A stretch of 64,000 nucleotides of DNA from Octopus sinensis (Eukaryota). A program made the translations under genes and the position numbers. The notes under the pieces were generated by a model, which had not been told where the DNA came from, did no database searches, and saw nothing but the letters and a program-made list of their open reading frames with translations. Shown one piece after another: positions 49,548 to 62,672 of the stretch. Each line of letters begins with the position of its first letter. Within the stretch, counting starts at the first letter, position 1. The stretch spans positions 9,548,001 through 9,612,000 of the forward strand of contig NC_043002.1 of assembly GCF_006345805.1 (NCBI RefSeq). The letters run 5' to 3'.

Positions 49548-50671
49548 TATAAGTAAGTTTTCTTTCAGATATAATTTACATAAATTGACCTTTCTTTTTT
49601 TATTGAAAATATTTTTGTTCTAAATAGGCACTCAGATTTATAAGAGGGGTAGATTTTTGCAATGGTCATATGATTCTCAAACATGGACACGGCTTGCTAG
49701 AAAGTGACCTTTAAAATACACTCATTAGAATATGATTCATCAAATATCAAAGTTAATTATATTTTTATGGTAGAATGCAAATAGAAATTTTATAAAATCA
49801 ATTTTAGAAATATTTAAAACATTTGATTTGTCGATTCCTATTAAAATTATTTATGTTTTCTGTGCATGATATCAAAAACTTGTAATTTTGCCAGTTGTCC
49901 CAAAGTTAGAAAGAAAACCAATGTTTGCAAGTTAAGGAATAAAGAACATTCCTTTAAGACTCTTATAGTTGTATAATTGATTTTAAATATAATATACCTT
50001 TTGGTTTGCTTAAATTATGTAGCTATGGACATTTAAGAACCATTGCTATATGTTATGTGGTCAGATTCTTCATCATCATCATCATCCGACTTGTTTTCCA
50101 AGCTGGCATGGATTGGATGCTTTTACAGGATCTATCAAGCCTCAGAGCCGTAATGAGCTCCAGTGTTAATTTTGGCATGGTTTCTACAGCTTTATGGCCC
50201 TTTCTTATGCCAACCACTTTACTACAGATTAATTTTGGATTATATTAATTCTTATTTCAGTATAACTTCCTCCATATTATATTATTTTACAAAACTGAAA
50301 TGAAATAAAACTATGAATGGGGAATTGTTTCTGTTTCTGGAAGCAAATCAACATTTTTTTTGGTTCTCTGCAAGGCATCATAGGGAAGTGTCTTCTACTG
50401 TAGCCATGGCCTGATCAACGCCTTGTAAGTGATTTGGCAAAGAGAAGCTGAAAGCAGCCTCTTGTGTTTGCATATGTACACATGCGCACATGTGTGTGTA
50501 TGTCTGTGTTTGTCTTTAGCACTTCTCTGAAAATCACTCAGCTTTCGGTGGTAATGTTACTTTCAGTGCCCCTGTCAATGAGTTTTTTTCTTACCTTTTG
50601 CACCTTTGAAGATGTGTGGGTGTTATTGACAGGAAAAGCTTCTGGCTGTAAAATAATACCCCAATAATATA

Positions 50672-50902
50672 TATTTCTTTATTGCCCACAAGGGGCTAAA
50701 CATAGAGGGGACAAACAAGAATAGACAACGGGATTATGTTGATTACATCGACCCCAGTGCGTAACTGGTACTTTATTTATAGACTCCGAAAGGATGAAAG
50801 GCAAAGTCGATCTCGGCGGAATTTGAACTCAGAACGTAACGGCAGACGAAATACAGCTAAGCATTTCACCTGGCGTGCTAATGTTTCTGCCAGCTCACCA
50901 CC
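50672..50902 (-). mobile_element. SINE A monomer with TSD ataccccaataatatat
   Basis: Direct repeat on both sides. Confidence 0.9.
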
Positions 50903-51433
50903 TATACCCCAATAATATATTCATCTAACTCATGCTAGCATGGAAAAATGGATGTAAAGTAACAGGAAAATAGTACATGAAACATGAATCACCTGCAAGT
51001 TCTTACACTAGAGGTGTCTGGTGGTGTGGAGAGATGGGGCCAAATTGCCATTTTGCACATTCAAAGCTCAAGAAAAGTGCAACTCAAGATATTAACTATT
51101 CCCCACTCAACCAACAAGGTAGAGCAAAAGCATACTCAAAGAAGCCCATAATTCACAAAACATCTGTAGTAAAGATCGCCAAAAAGTGTTACGCAGTTGT
51201 AGTGCAATCTGCAGCTGTTCAACAAATTCTTTTTGTGAGTGGCATAAAAGGTAGCGTAACAGCTGTCGTGGTTAATGAAACTAGGCCATGCACACCCACA
51301 CATTAAGACCACCACAAACAATAGACTCGGGATAGTCACCATTGTCAGGAAGTCAAACATCATGCCAGTTTTACTGTTAAATATCAGAGGCCTCTTATAA
51401 CTCAACTGCAAAGGTAAAATTAAGTATCTAAGG

Positions 51434-51652
51434 CAGTGGTTTTCAACCAGGGTTCCGTGGAACCATAGGGTTCTGCCAGTGCAGTCCAGGGGTTCCGCAA
51501 GAAGTTACAAAAATGCTAAAATCGACAGTAATTTTTAATTCTCCTGTGCAGATATGTCTGCATAAGACAATTAAATTATTGCACAGGGGTTCCTCGAGCC
51601 AGTGAAATGTTTTCTTGGGGTTCCGCTCCAGCAAAAAGTTTGAAAAGCACTG
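51434..51652. mobile_element. hAT MITE (Charlie-like, 219 bp)
   Basis: CAGTGGTTTTCAA/TTGAAAAGCACTG TIRs; perfect 8-bp TSD ATCTAAGG at 51426-51433 and 51653-51660. Confidence 0.95.
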
Positions 51653-51992
51653 ATCTAAGGGATCTGTTTGCAGGCTATCAACCACTATGCATAGCAAGAA
51701 CTTATAGAGGCATATCTATCTTCAGACATAAATGGAGATACACATACAAATGTATGCTGAGTTCTCTACAAACAAGAGAAAGAAGTCTTGGTTGAGTTCT
51801 GATGTATTTTTGTGAAGATGTTACAACCTTCACCCTGTTGTCACATTCAAACTTGGTCAGTGACACACCCATTGTACATTTAAAGCAATATGTACATATC
51901 ATCCATCTAATACCTCAAGTCATGATGCTAGCTTTAAATAAAACCTTCCAATGATAAATGTATTAATTTACTTATGATGGGTGACATAATAC

Positions 51993-52181
51993 TAGGCAGA
52001 AATGTTAGCACTCCAGGTGAAACGCTTAGCCTGACTTTACATTCTGAGTTCAAATTCAGCTGAGGTCAACTTTGTCTTTCATCCTTTTGGGGTCGATAAA
52101 TTAAGTACCAGTTGTGTACTGGGGTCGATCTAATTGACTGGCCTCCTCCCCCAAAATTTTGGGCCTTGTGCTAGAGTAGAA
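51993..52181 (+). mobile_element. SINE A, alternative-tail subfamily
   Basis: Tail ctggcctcctcccccaaaattttgggccttgtgctagagtag, as in the last unit of the 2.3-3.1 kb array. Confidence 0.8.
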
Positions 52182-52229
52182 ATAATACTAGACAAATGTA
52201 TTAATACAGTGTGAAGGTATTGCTGACAA

Positions 52230-54310
52230 TTGTCTCTGACCATAATATAATATAATAGTATGGTCCCAAACTAATTTAAGAGCTATTCCACACATATAGC
52301 ACCCCAAACAGATAACACTTTATTCAGTCTGAACTTCCACAAGGCTGACTGGAAATCAATTGAAAAACAGATCCTGAAGCAAATTAGCTTAAAAGTTTCT
52401 CCATGCAAGACATTGACCTGAAACTCAAAGAACTTGTATCAATAATGTGAACCATATGCATTAGATTTGTCCCAGAGAAGAAAGCCAATGCACACAAAAA
52501 CCTTATTTCTCAAGACAGCAGAGTCCTTATGAGGTGGAGAATAAAGATCTCAAATCACTTTAAGCAGTAAGAAGTCCCACCTAAAAAGAAAAAGCACTTT
52601 TAGAGATCAAAAATAAACTCAAACTCTCACATAAAAACGAAAGAGAAGGAAGAGAAACTAGGGCAGTAAAAAATATAAAAAATGAACCCTAAAGCCTGCT
52701 ACAAGTTTGCAGCAAGCTTTAGGGTTCCGCTGCAGTGCACTACATGATAGGGCCACTATTTGAAGTGAATGGCTCACTGACTGCAGACCCTGTGAGGTTA
52801 AGCATAATACTAAATAAGCAGTTCAAAAGTGTTTTCACTTCTCACTGGGAATATGTGAAAAAGCAAACCTGATTGAGTTCTTCAACACTGCAGATCTGCT
52901 CAAAAGAGGCAGCCATTTATTATTTCAGCATAAAGGAAGTGGATGCCATATTTAGCCATGAGATGAACTTGGACTTGGCAATGGGCACAGATGGGTTTCT
53001 AGCTATTCTTTTAAGATTATGCCAGAAAACTCTCTCAAAACCAATACAAATACTTTTCCAGAATTTCCTTGCATGTGGGAAAACTTCCCAAAATGCTAAG
53101 AGAATGTACAACATGCTTTGTGCATAAAGACAGAAACAGAGAAGATGCTCAAAATTACCAGCCTATCTCTCTCTGACCTCGCATGTTAGTCATGTCATGG
53201 AACACTTTGTCAGAAAGAAACTGATCATGTTCCAAGAAGAAAATAGCTTGCTCACCAACACACAACTTGGGTTTTGTCCAGGGAGGAGCCGTTTCATACA
53301 GTTGCAATAGCATTTTCACTGGGTACTGAACACCAGCTTAATCACTCAAATGTAGATTTGAAAAACTCTCAACTTTGTCAAGGTCTTCAACAAAGTTGAT
53401 CATAAGATCATATATCACAAACTGTGATCTTGGTGTTGCCAGAAAACCAGGGGATTGTCTACAAGACATTTTAAAAAGTAGAAGTTAGACAGCCACAGCC
53501 AATGGTGCTCCTTCTGAGGAGACCTCACTTGTCCTCTCTCTGAGGAGACATCACTTGTTGTTTGTTCCTTCTTGAGCAATGCCTGGCTCATAAGGGCTGG
53601 TTTCCCGGTTTCTTGGCGTATAGGTTCCCCACCTGGACGGGACGCCGGTCCGTCGCAGGTGAGCTGCAAGATGCAGGAGGAAAGAGTGAGAGAAAGTTGT
53701 GGCAAAAGAGTCAGCAGAAGTTTTGCCATTACCTTCTGCCGGAGCCGCGAGGAGCTTAGGTGTTTCGCTCATAAACACATATATTGCCCAGTCTGAGATT
53801 CGAACCCACAATCCCTTGACCGTGAGTCTGCTGCTCTAACCACTAGGCCATATGCCTCCACAGAAATCACTTGTCCTCTCTCTGAGGAGACATCACTACA
53901 ATTCCTTCAGAGAACTGTATTGGGACCACTACTATTTGTGGTGTCTCCCTTAGACATGCTCTCAATCATACAGGCTATGTTGATGATACAAAAGTATTTC
54001 AAGCACTGAAGGACCCTGACGATACCCTAAAACTTCAGAAAGATCTGAATACAATATACAAGTGGCATGGTGAAAATAACATGCAGTTCAATGGTGAGAA
54101 ATTCCTTGCACTCTGCTATTGGTTCACATAGTCAGAGTTGGTGTGCAAAGAGGGAATCTACAGGAGTAATGATGCATCATTCCAAGTGCATATTACTAAC
54201 ATGGCAACACTGTGCAGGCAGGTGGTTGGTTGGATTCTGAAATCATTCAGAACAAGGAAAAGAATATAGTGCCACTCCTGTGGACAACATTTGTTCTCAG
54301 TCACCTAGAT
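52230..54310 (+). pseudogene. Degenerate CR1-clade LINE ORF2 (RT)
   Basis: NYQPISL, QLGFCPGRS, FNKVDH, TVLGPLLF, YVDDTKVF, LQKDLNTIYKW..ENNMQFNGEKF; many stops and frameshifts. Confidence 0.9.
53556..53866 (-). mobile_element. tRNA-derived SINE (third family) nested in the CR1 remnant, 31-bp TSD
   Basis: Minus strand tggcctagtgg (A box), ggttcgaatc (B box), aacaaacaaca tail; TSD tcacttgtcctctctctgaggagacatcact at 53525-53555 and 53867-53897. Confidence 0.9.
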
Positions 54311-54407
54311 CAAAGGTTCTCAACCCATTTTGGCTAAACGCCCCCTTTTCACCCTTAGAGTTACAGATGGCCTCCCCTAGAAAATATTTTAACCCTAAAA
54401 ATTCAAA

Positions 54408-54683
54408 TGGAAATTGTAGTTAAGACACCCGTACCGGTGACACATAAAAAGCACCGTCCGAACGTGGCAGATGCCAGCGCCGCCTGACTGGCGTCTGTGT
54501 CAGTGACACGTAAAAGCACCAACCGATCATGGTCGTTTGCCAGCCTGCTCTGGCCCTTGTGCTGGTGGTACGTAAAAAATACCCACTACACTCATGGAGT
54601 GGTTGGCATTAGGAAGGGCATCCAGCTGTAGAAACACTGCCAAATCAGACTGGAGCCTGGTTAAACAATGATGATGATAATGA
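54408..54683 (+). mobile_element. RTE LINE 3' end
   Basis: Core and tail. Confidence 0.8.
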
Positions 54684-56559
54684 TTAAAAAATAAAGGACA
54701 TCATTTTATATGGAGTACAGATGCACAAATTGAAATGCAAAAAAATAAATTGAAAGTTTGGTAATAGTGTTTATTTCCACCATGCGACACTTATGAGATC
54801 AACATGTTGCCTATCGAAAGAGTGCTCTTTGGTATAAGTAAATGCTGATGAAATGATTTCAAACCTTTCCGATTTCCCTTAACAAAACAACTAGAACTTG
54901 TGCAACAATCTCACATATAAATTATTGTCACTTGGGAAGAGGATTTTTTATGTAAAAGAGTAAGAGTGTATTTGATAGAAATTGTTGAAATACATATGTA
55001 CTTCATATGAGTAGCAAATTGTGGAGAATGGTATTCACTGTACTTGGATCTAGTTTGAGTCACAAAATCAGCCCCCTTTTAAAATGACGTAAAAAAATTT
55101 TGAAAATTTGTCATATTAAACATTCATTTCTTATTCAGGATCTTGTTTGCTTCATTCACAAAATCTGCATTTTTTAAAAGGAAGTAAAAAAATCTGAAAA
55201 TTGGTTATCTTGATTCAGTTTTCCACTTTTATTCCTGTGAAGCCATGAACTTCTGGAGAAAAAAATTTGGCACACAATGTTTTTTTAATTCCTGGTTTTA
55301 AAAATACGGACAGTCTGAATTTACCATTCGTTTCTCTTTATAATTTCCAAATAATTTTATAAATACTTTAAAATTAAAATTCACACCATTAGGTTTTGTT
55401 GTGTATATATATATACAAGTGTGTACACCAATCATTTTAATTATATCTTTATTCATGCACATACACACATAAAAAAACTGGCACCCAGTCGGTTATGATA
55501 ATCACAAGTATCCAAAACTTCTTCACCACTCTTCCAACATCACATTTCCTCTGAAAAAGAAGGCTTTCGTCTCCTTGGACTATGGCATACCACAGTACGG
55601 CTGTCTGTCTGCTAATGTTGTTGACAGACATGCAGCATTTCACTGGCATTTCACACTTAAAGTCCAGGATTATGGGAAAAAGTGTGAAGACCGTCAATTG
55701 ACTTTGTTCCATAAAAGTATTAAAACAAATTAAACCTATAGGGCCAAAGTTATGTATATTTTCAATAATGTTAGCCTAGGTTTTCTTTTTAAGAATATCT
55801 GTCAGCATTAGACAAGTACTGTAAAAAGTCCTCTTAAGGAAGGACAAATGTAATTAGTGTTTAATAACACATATTTGGGTTTGGTAAGTACAAACTTGAT
55901 TTTTAAGAATTTAAGAAGAAACTATTCTGTATACAGTTAAAATAAGAAGAATATAACTAATAAATAATTACATGAGCTTTATAATGAGTTTACTGGAGGA
56001 AGAAAACATCTGATAGTAAGTGTGGAAAATCTTTTGAAATTTTAAGGTCTGAGAGGAATGGCCTGAAGATAAGCAGTAACATGCTACTGATAGGGGGAAG
56101 AAAGAGAAATAGTATCCTGTAGTTCAAAGTAAGCTATCTAATCTGTTTAAATTTTCTGACTTAGTCACACTCTACTTCTAGTTTTCCCCCTTTTAATGTT
56201 TATAGTTATTTGTGGTAATCGTTACGTAAGGGCATCTGTGTGCCTGAAAGATTTAATCATTATTTATATGAACTTTGTGTTTCTTGCAGTTGGTTTCTGT
56301 AGAAACATAGCAGGCTAGGTTTGTAGGGTGTACAGTAGATACATTAAATCATAGATTATCATCATCATCATCATTGTTTAACGTCCGTTGAGGCTGATAC
56401 AGATGAACTTGCTCATGGTACCACACCATGGGACTGAACCTTAAAAAAACGACCATACAACCATGCCTGGTTGGAATGGGGGGGGATCTTTTTACATCAA
56501 GTTGGATGGGCATCTGGTTATAGACAGCATGCCATGAAATTTATATATAGCATGTTAAA

Positions 56560-56978
56560 CACACCATTCGAGCATGATCGTTACCGCATCGCCTTACTAA
56601 CACTTGTGCTGGTGGCACGTTAAAAACACCTTTCGAGCGTGATAGTTACCGCGTTGCCTTATTAGCACTTGTGCTGGTGGCACATGAAACATTTGAGCGA
56701 GGTCGTCGCCAGTGCCGCTGGACTGGCTCCTGTGCAGGTGTCATGTAAAAAGCACCATTTGGGCATGGCTGTTGCTAGTACCGCCTGACTGGCCCTCATG
56801 CTGGTGGCACATAAAAAGCACCCACTACACTCTCGGAGTGGTTGGCATTAGGAAGGGCATCCAGCTGTAGAAACTCTGCCAGATCAGATTGGGGTCTGGT
56901 TCGCCAGACCTCAATCAAATTGTCCAACCCATGCTAGCATGGAAAGCAGACGTTAAACGATGACGACGATGATGATGA
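56560..56978 (+). mobile_element. RTE LINE 3' end
   Basis: Subrepeats, core, tail. Confidence 0.85.
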
Positions 56979-58379
56979 TATAGAAAAAAAGCAACAAATA
57001 ATGTAAAATGTCTCTTTGTGTCGGCAACTAAAAATCTTATTTCTCAGTTTAAAATTTTCACTTTTAAATTGTCATTCTACAAATGCTAAATTACATTCTT
57101 GTTTCAAACTGCTAGGTTGGTTAAACAGACTCTGTTTACGAAACTTACAAAGGAAGTTATGTCCAACTTTCGCACCAAAAATACCATAATGCATAGAACG
57201 AACATGAAATATGCTGTTATCTTGGGTACTTATTGTCTTGAAGTGCATGTGGGTGCTTTTTTTAATTTTATTAATATTTAGCTTTGGAATGCTTAAAAAG
57301 CTACATTTGTAACATTGTGCTAAAGAGTGTTTGATATTTCAGTCAAAATATTCTTCTGGGTCCAAAGAAATGAATATTTTAAATGACAACTGATGACTGC
57401 TAAAAGCCACATCATAAATATTTACAACAAACTATTCATATTCCAAAGACATTTTCACACACAGACACTCATTTTCACACACAGACACTTCTCATTCAGA
57501 AACAAATATTTTTTGTAACTATTGAATTTACTTTTTATGTTAAAAGAATTTTTATAGCAGTCTTCAGATTACAGGAATATAAACATTACTGGATTAAAAT
57601 TGGTCTCATTTTGATGGGGTTTTTTTCTTCTCTTTCATACTTACTCGCTACATCAGTTTAAGTCGTTACATGAATTCATTGAAACCACCTTTTTTTTTCA
57701 ACTATAAGTATTTTCATTTAATTAGTCACAACAGTACATGTACTTAGTGTGTTTAGCTTGCTTGGACAGGAATCAGATAAGGGGTGTTGAAAACAGCATA
57801 AGTATTTCTAGAAAATTGTAGTTTGGAATGTGAGACTAGACTGTTGTACCTATTTGCATAGCAGGCAAGAAGAGCTGAAGCGTATCTTTGTGTGTGTGTG
57901 CATTTTCTTTTTCACTTCCTTTTTTCATTAAGCAAATGTAAAATACTTTTCTTTCACTTTGACAGAAAAGCCTGTCTATTACAAATTTTCCTTTAAAAAA
58001 CAACTTCAGCTCAGTGTTGTAAACTTATGAAGCACTGGTTCTACAATGCTTCAGTCTCTTACCGCATGCAGTGAAACTATGTTACTTCCTATAGAAGCTA
58101 TTTATAATTATAGGAGTTTTAATGTTTGTGCTTGTTGTGGTTTGTCAAGGACATCAGCTTGGCCATGTTGTCATTGTTGTGAAGAGTATTCAGTGAAAAT
58201 AACTGACCATTGAGTGTTTAAAACGAACCTACCATTTCTTGTAAGTTTGCTAGAAGGAAACTTAAAGTGCTGTATTCTGATCCTCCAACGAGTCTGATTA
58301 CATAAGATTAATATCGAATTTCATTCAGTGTCTTTACTTGATTGATTGCTTAAGTGTCTTATTTCAGTAACTATCTTAA

Positions 58380-58539
58380 TCCTTTTGTTACCAACCCGGC
58401 TGAAACCGCCTCTGGCTCTGTAGTACAAATGTCTTGTTTTCATAAGTTTTGAATTAAAATCTTCCACCAAACCTTAGTCACAATTTATGTTCCTAACACT
58501 AGCTGAAGGATAACTAAGTTATTTTACTAAATTCTTTGT

Positions 58540-58576
<37 letters not shown>

Positions 58577-58765
58577 CATTGTGTACAGTGCTCAGGTGCA
58601 CTACAACTCATCTAAAGTGTATGTATAGTACATAGGGTAATGTACAAGCGTGAGGAAAAGAACAGTGCATGAGTCATGACATACACATATGTGTATGAGT
58701 ATGGAATAGTTGAAGTAATTCAAAGGAAAACAGAGCATCTCAAAATAAATACAGTAACGAAAGGG
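58380..58765. mobile_element. MITE D interrupted by a minus-strand retroposon tail with (TTA)n (about 58541-58712)
   Basis: TTAA-flanked D ends; insert revcomp ends gtagtgcacctgagcactgtacacaatgttt(tta)n. Confidence 0.8.
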
Positions 58766-59020
58766 TTAATTGTCAAAGCTAGACAGTTCAGTGATTAGCT
58801 CAGCAAAATAAAATTAGATAAAAACAATTTCAAACAAATATTGGATGTTTTAAAAAAAAAAGATACATTGTAGAGGTGGGCTGAGAGGACTTTAAAAGGA
58901 AGAACATAGGGAGACCTGACAACATTGGAACTTTCAAAAGACTCGATGCATGGAAAATGTTAGGAATCCTATTTTGTTGTAATATAGTCATCTCATTCTC
59001 GTTCACATTACATGAAAATT

Positions 59021-59057
59021 ACACTTTCTCTCTCCATCTTTTTCTCTGTAGGTAACT
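59021..59057 (+). promoter_or_regulatory. Weaker candidate recursive splice site or 3' splice site
   Basis: About 25-nt pyrimidine tract, then TAG|GTAACT at 59051/59052. Confidence 0.3.
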
Positions 59058-59773
59058 TGACTTGATTTTTTTTTCAGTTAATAAATCAACACTGTTCATT
59101 GTTTTTATACAACAAGTACAGTCATTGTTTCATTTTGATACACAGTTAAACTGTGTGTGTGTGTGTGTGTGTGTTACTCTCTCTCTCCAAATAAATAAAT
59201 AAATAAAAGGAAAGATGTGGTAATATTGTAAACTATAAATAGCAATAAGCAAGACCATTCAACTTTCCATTTCCTTATTTTGTCCCACTTTTGCTTCCTG
59301 ATAACACTACAGTTACTTTTACAGTGAGATTAATTATCTTTCAGTCAGGGCAGACATCTTTCAAACAATGGTATGAGCCACTTAAATTCATTTTGTTATA
59401 TAGTTCAGCCTGCCAAAAAAAAACAAACAAAAAAAAAAGAACAACCCCCCCCCGTATAACCCCCACACACAGTGGATGTCTAATCAGTATGTAATGTGCA
59501 GTATGGATGTGTAGGTGCATGCACCCCCCACATGTGCACTCTCCCCTCCCACTCCAGGTATATGTTGAGTAATAAAGATTGAGGAAATCTTGGTTTTCTG
59601 TCTTCCTACCCAAGAATATACAAGTTTTTGATTTTCGTTTTTCAGGTGTAGTTTTTATTTATAAAGAATAAACATGAGTTTTTATTATGGTTTTGACTAA
59701 TATATGTATGTGTGTGTATGTATATATACATGTGTATATGTGTGTATGTGCACATGTGTGTATGTATACGTGT

Positions 59774-59814
<41 letters not shown>

Positions 59815-60724
59815 TATAATAATAATAATTGAGGGAATATTAATCCTAACTTACAGGGAAAAAATTCAATTTAGAAATACTAAATCAAATTTCACACAAT
59901 ATAATATATATATATATATATAAAAATTAGAAAAAACTACCTTTTATCAATTCAAATGAACAATTAAATTACACCATTTATAGAAATATTAAATTAAAAT
60001 AACAATAAAAAAAGCAATAAAATACCGATGATTAAGTAAATTGCAAAAAATTAATAAAAACGTATATAATTGGTAAATGTATGTATCTATGTATGGTTAT
60101 ATCTATTGCTATTTTCATGATAATACAAAGAAGTAATGATTTACTAATTATCAGGTAATGGAAAAGAATTTAAGAAGAAACTATTCTGTATACAGTTAAA
60201 ATAAGAAGAATATAACTAATAAATAATTACATGAGCTTTATAATGAGTTTACTGGAGGAAGAAAACATTTGATAGTAAATGTGGAAAATCTTTTGAAATT
60301 TTAAGGTCTGAGAGGAATGGCCTGAAGATAAGCAGTAACATGCTACTGATAGGGGGAAGAAAGAGAAATAGTATCCTGTAGTTCAAAGTAAGCTATCTAA
60401 TCTGTTTAAATTTTCTGACTTAGTCACACTCTACTTCTAGAATGTAATTTCAAAAATAAACAAGCACACCATTTGAAGTCTCAAAGCTACAAGATAACTC
60501 ATGATTAGTTCAAATAAATAAGCATACATTTGACAGATTATTTGAATGCCAAAGGATTAAGTCCCTGTTATAATAAGGGAATTTAATCAATGGTATCCAT
60601 ACTAATAAAACTTATCCCTTTGCTGATGAAGGAAATCAATAATTCAGTGGGAAAAAAAAAATTTTAATATTAATCTCTTTAATTCTTTACTTTTATTTTT
60701 ACTAAGGCTCGACACATTAGCATA

Positions 60725-61140
60725 GGCGGCAAACTGGTAGAAACGTTAGCACGCCAGGCAAAATGCTCAGCGGTATTTTGTCTGCCTCTACGTTCTGAGC
60801 TCAAATTCCGCTGAGGTCGACTTTGCCTTTCATCATTTTGGGGTTGATTAAATAAGTACCAGTTATGCACTGGGGTCGATGTAATCGACTTAATCTGTTT
60901 GTCTGTCCTTGTCTGTCTTCTCTGTGTTTAGCCCCTTGTGGGCAATAAAGAAATAGGTATTTCTTCTGTGGCTACGTTCTGAGTTCAAATTCTGCCGAGG
61001 TCAACTTTGCCTTTCATCCTTTCGGGGTCGATAAATTAAGTACCAGTTATGCACTGGGGTCGATGTAATCGACTTAATCCATTTGTCTGTCCTTGTTTGT
61101 CCTCTCTGTGTTTAGCCCATTGTGTGTAGTAAAGAAAAAG
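60725..61140 (+). mobile_element. SINE A dimer (head plus two bodies)
   Basis: Junction aaagaaata|ggtatttcttctg at about 60956. Confidence 0.9.
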
Positions 61141-61556
61141 GCATAAGGGCATATTTTCAGCTCTTAAAGATGTAATTTAGTTCAGGAGAAGCATAGGTAT
61201 TTAAATTGTCCACCATACGTGAGTATTTCAGTGGAAGTCAAATTGAAGTTTGGTAGGAATTAAACTGAGAACACAAAGGTGAAATACTGAAAGGCATTCA
61301 GTCTAGAAACCCCATTGTCTTAGGGAATAACAATATAATATACTAGTGACAGCAAGTTTCATCTTTTGTTTTTTTATTCAGCTCGAGTAGGATTTTGTGA
61401 GCTTCTAACTATAATTATAGGAAATAGTTTATTTTGATGAATATTGTAGTGATAATTGTTACACATGGAGTTATTGGCTGGGATTGGAGGTTGTTGAAGT
61501 ACTGCCTGAGAGTGGTGGGTTGTTGATAGAATGGAAGTGGTATGTGTGTGAGCCAA

Positions 61557-61971
61557 GGCGGCGAGGTGGTAGAAACGTTAGCACGCCGGGCGAAATACGT
61601 AGCCGTATTTCGTCTGCCGTTACATTCTGAGTTCAAATTCTGCCGAGGTCGACTTTGCCTTTCATCCTTTTGGGGTAGATTAGATAAGTACCAGTTACGC
61701 ACTGGGGTCGATGTAATCGACTTAATCTATTTGTCTGTCCTTGTTTGTCCCCTCTGTGTTTAGCCCCTTGTGGGTGGTAAAGAAATAGGTATTTCGTCTG
61801 CTGTTACGTTCTGAGTTCAAATTCCGCCGAGGGCGGCTTTGCCTTTCATCCTTTCGAGGTCGATTAAATAAGTACCAGTTACGCACTGGGGTCGATATAA
61901 TCGACTTAATCCGTTTGTCTGTCCTTGTTTGTCCCCTCTGTGTTTAGCCCCTTGTGGGTGGTAAAGAAATA
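61557..61971 (+). mobile_element. SINE A dimer with TSD
   Basis: Junction aaagaaata|ggtatttcgtctg at about 61788; TSD ggtatgtgtgtg(tg)ag at 61539-61552 and 61972-61987. Confidence 0.9.
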
Positions 61972-62457
61972 GGTATGTGTGTGTGAGTGGGTGATTGCTT
62001 AAATTATCATACCACAAAACCTAAACAGTTACCCTCTTTCTCTCCCACCCACATAGTACCATTTCCATCCTGTCACACTCAGTACCCCTTAACTTCTCAA
62101 ACCCAGCCATTTACTAACACCTGTTAACAATTATAACTTTATATATGCTCCAGTGAAAACTGTATTTTTTAATAAATTTAGCTAAAGATCAAAGAATAAC
62201 CCAGTCTGAAGGATGAAAAGAAGAAACTAGCAGTCACTGGAATATTGATGTTTTCAGTTCCAGAAATGAATATTTCTCTTCACTCAATATTGAATAACTT
62301 AACAAACTGAAAAAAAATTGAATATCTAGGGTAGAGTAATTTTATTGTATACATTAGCTCAGGTCACTTTACACTTTACAACTGTTTCATGTCCAGGTGT
62401 AACCTTCAGATGCAGTTAAGTCAGTGGTGAGAACTTGAGAATTATTATTTTTTTTTT

Positions 62458-62672
62458 TCAATTCAATTTTTATTGACTCAAAAAGCAAAAGCAAGGCCAT
62501 GTAGGGGGACAGGGAGTTATGTACAGGGAGGATGGTCATACAAAGAGTTCAGGCCATTTCTGGTCAAGAGAGACTTTGAACCGAACGGTTGTCGGCATCT
62601 TCACTATCTCGTTCGGCAGTTTATTCCACGGATCCGCAACCCAGACGGAGAAAGCCCCTCTCCTTCGATTAT
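62458..62672 (-). mobile_element. CR1-clade LINE 3' end
   Basis: Minus strand RRRGAFSVWVADPWNKLPNEIVKMPTTVRFKVSLD...*, short 3' UTR, aattg-type tail. Confidence 0.8.

Larger units (their letters stand above)
55905..60440 (+). repeat. 277-bp direct repeat pair (55905-56181 and 60164-60440)
   Basis: Two substitutions seen; copies 4259 bp apart. Confidence 0.95.

Noticed and set aside
50977-51411. 109-aa ORF or possible LTR integrase remnant
   Set aside because: No clear motif could be identified
54311-55330. hAT element starting caaaggttctcaac with a decayed transposase
   Set aside because: Only one TIR-like end seen, no TSD, peptide similarity too weak
55449-55730. GC-richer stretch with open frames on both strands
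   Set aside because: No recognisable protein or clear splice sites
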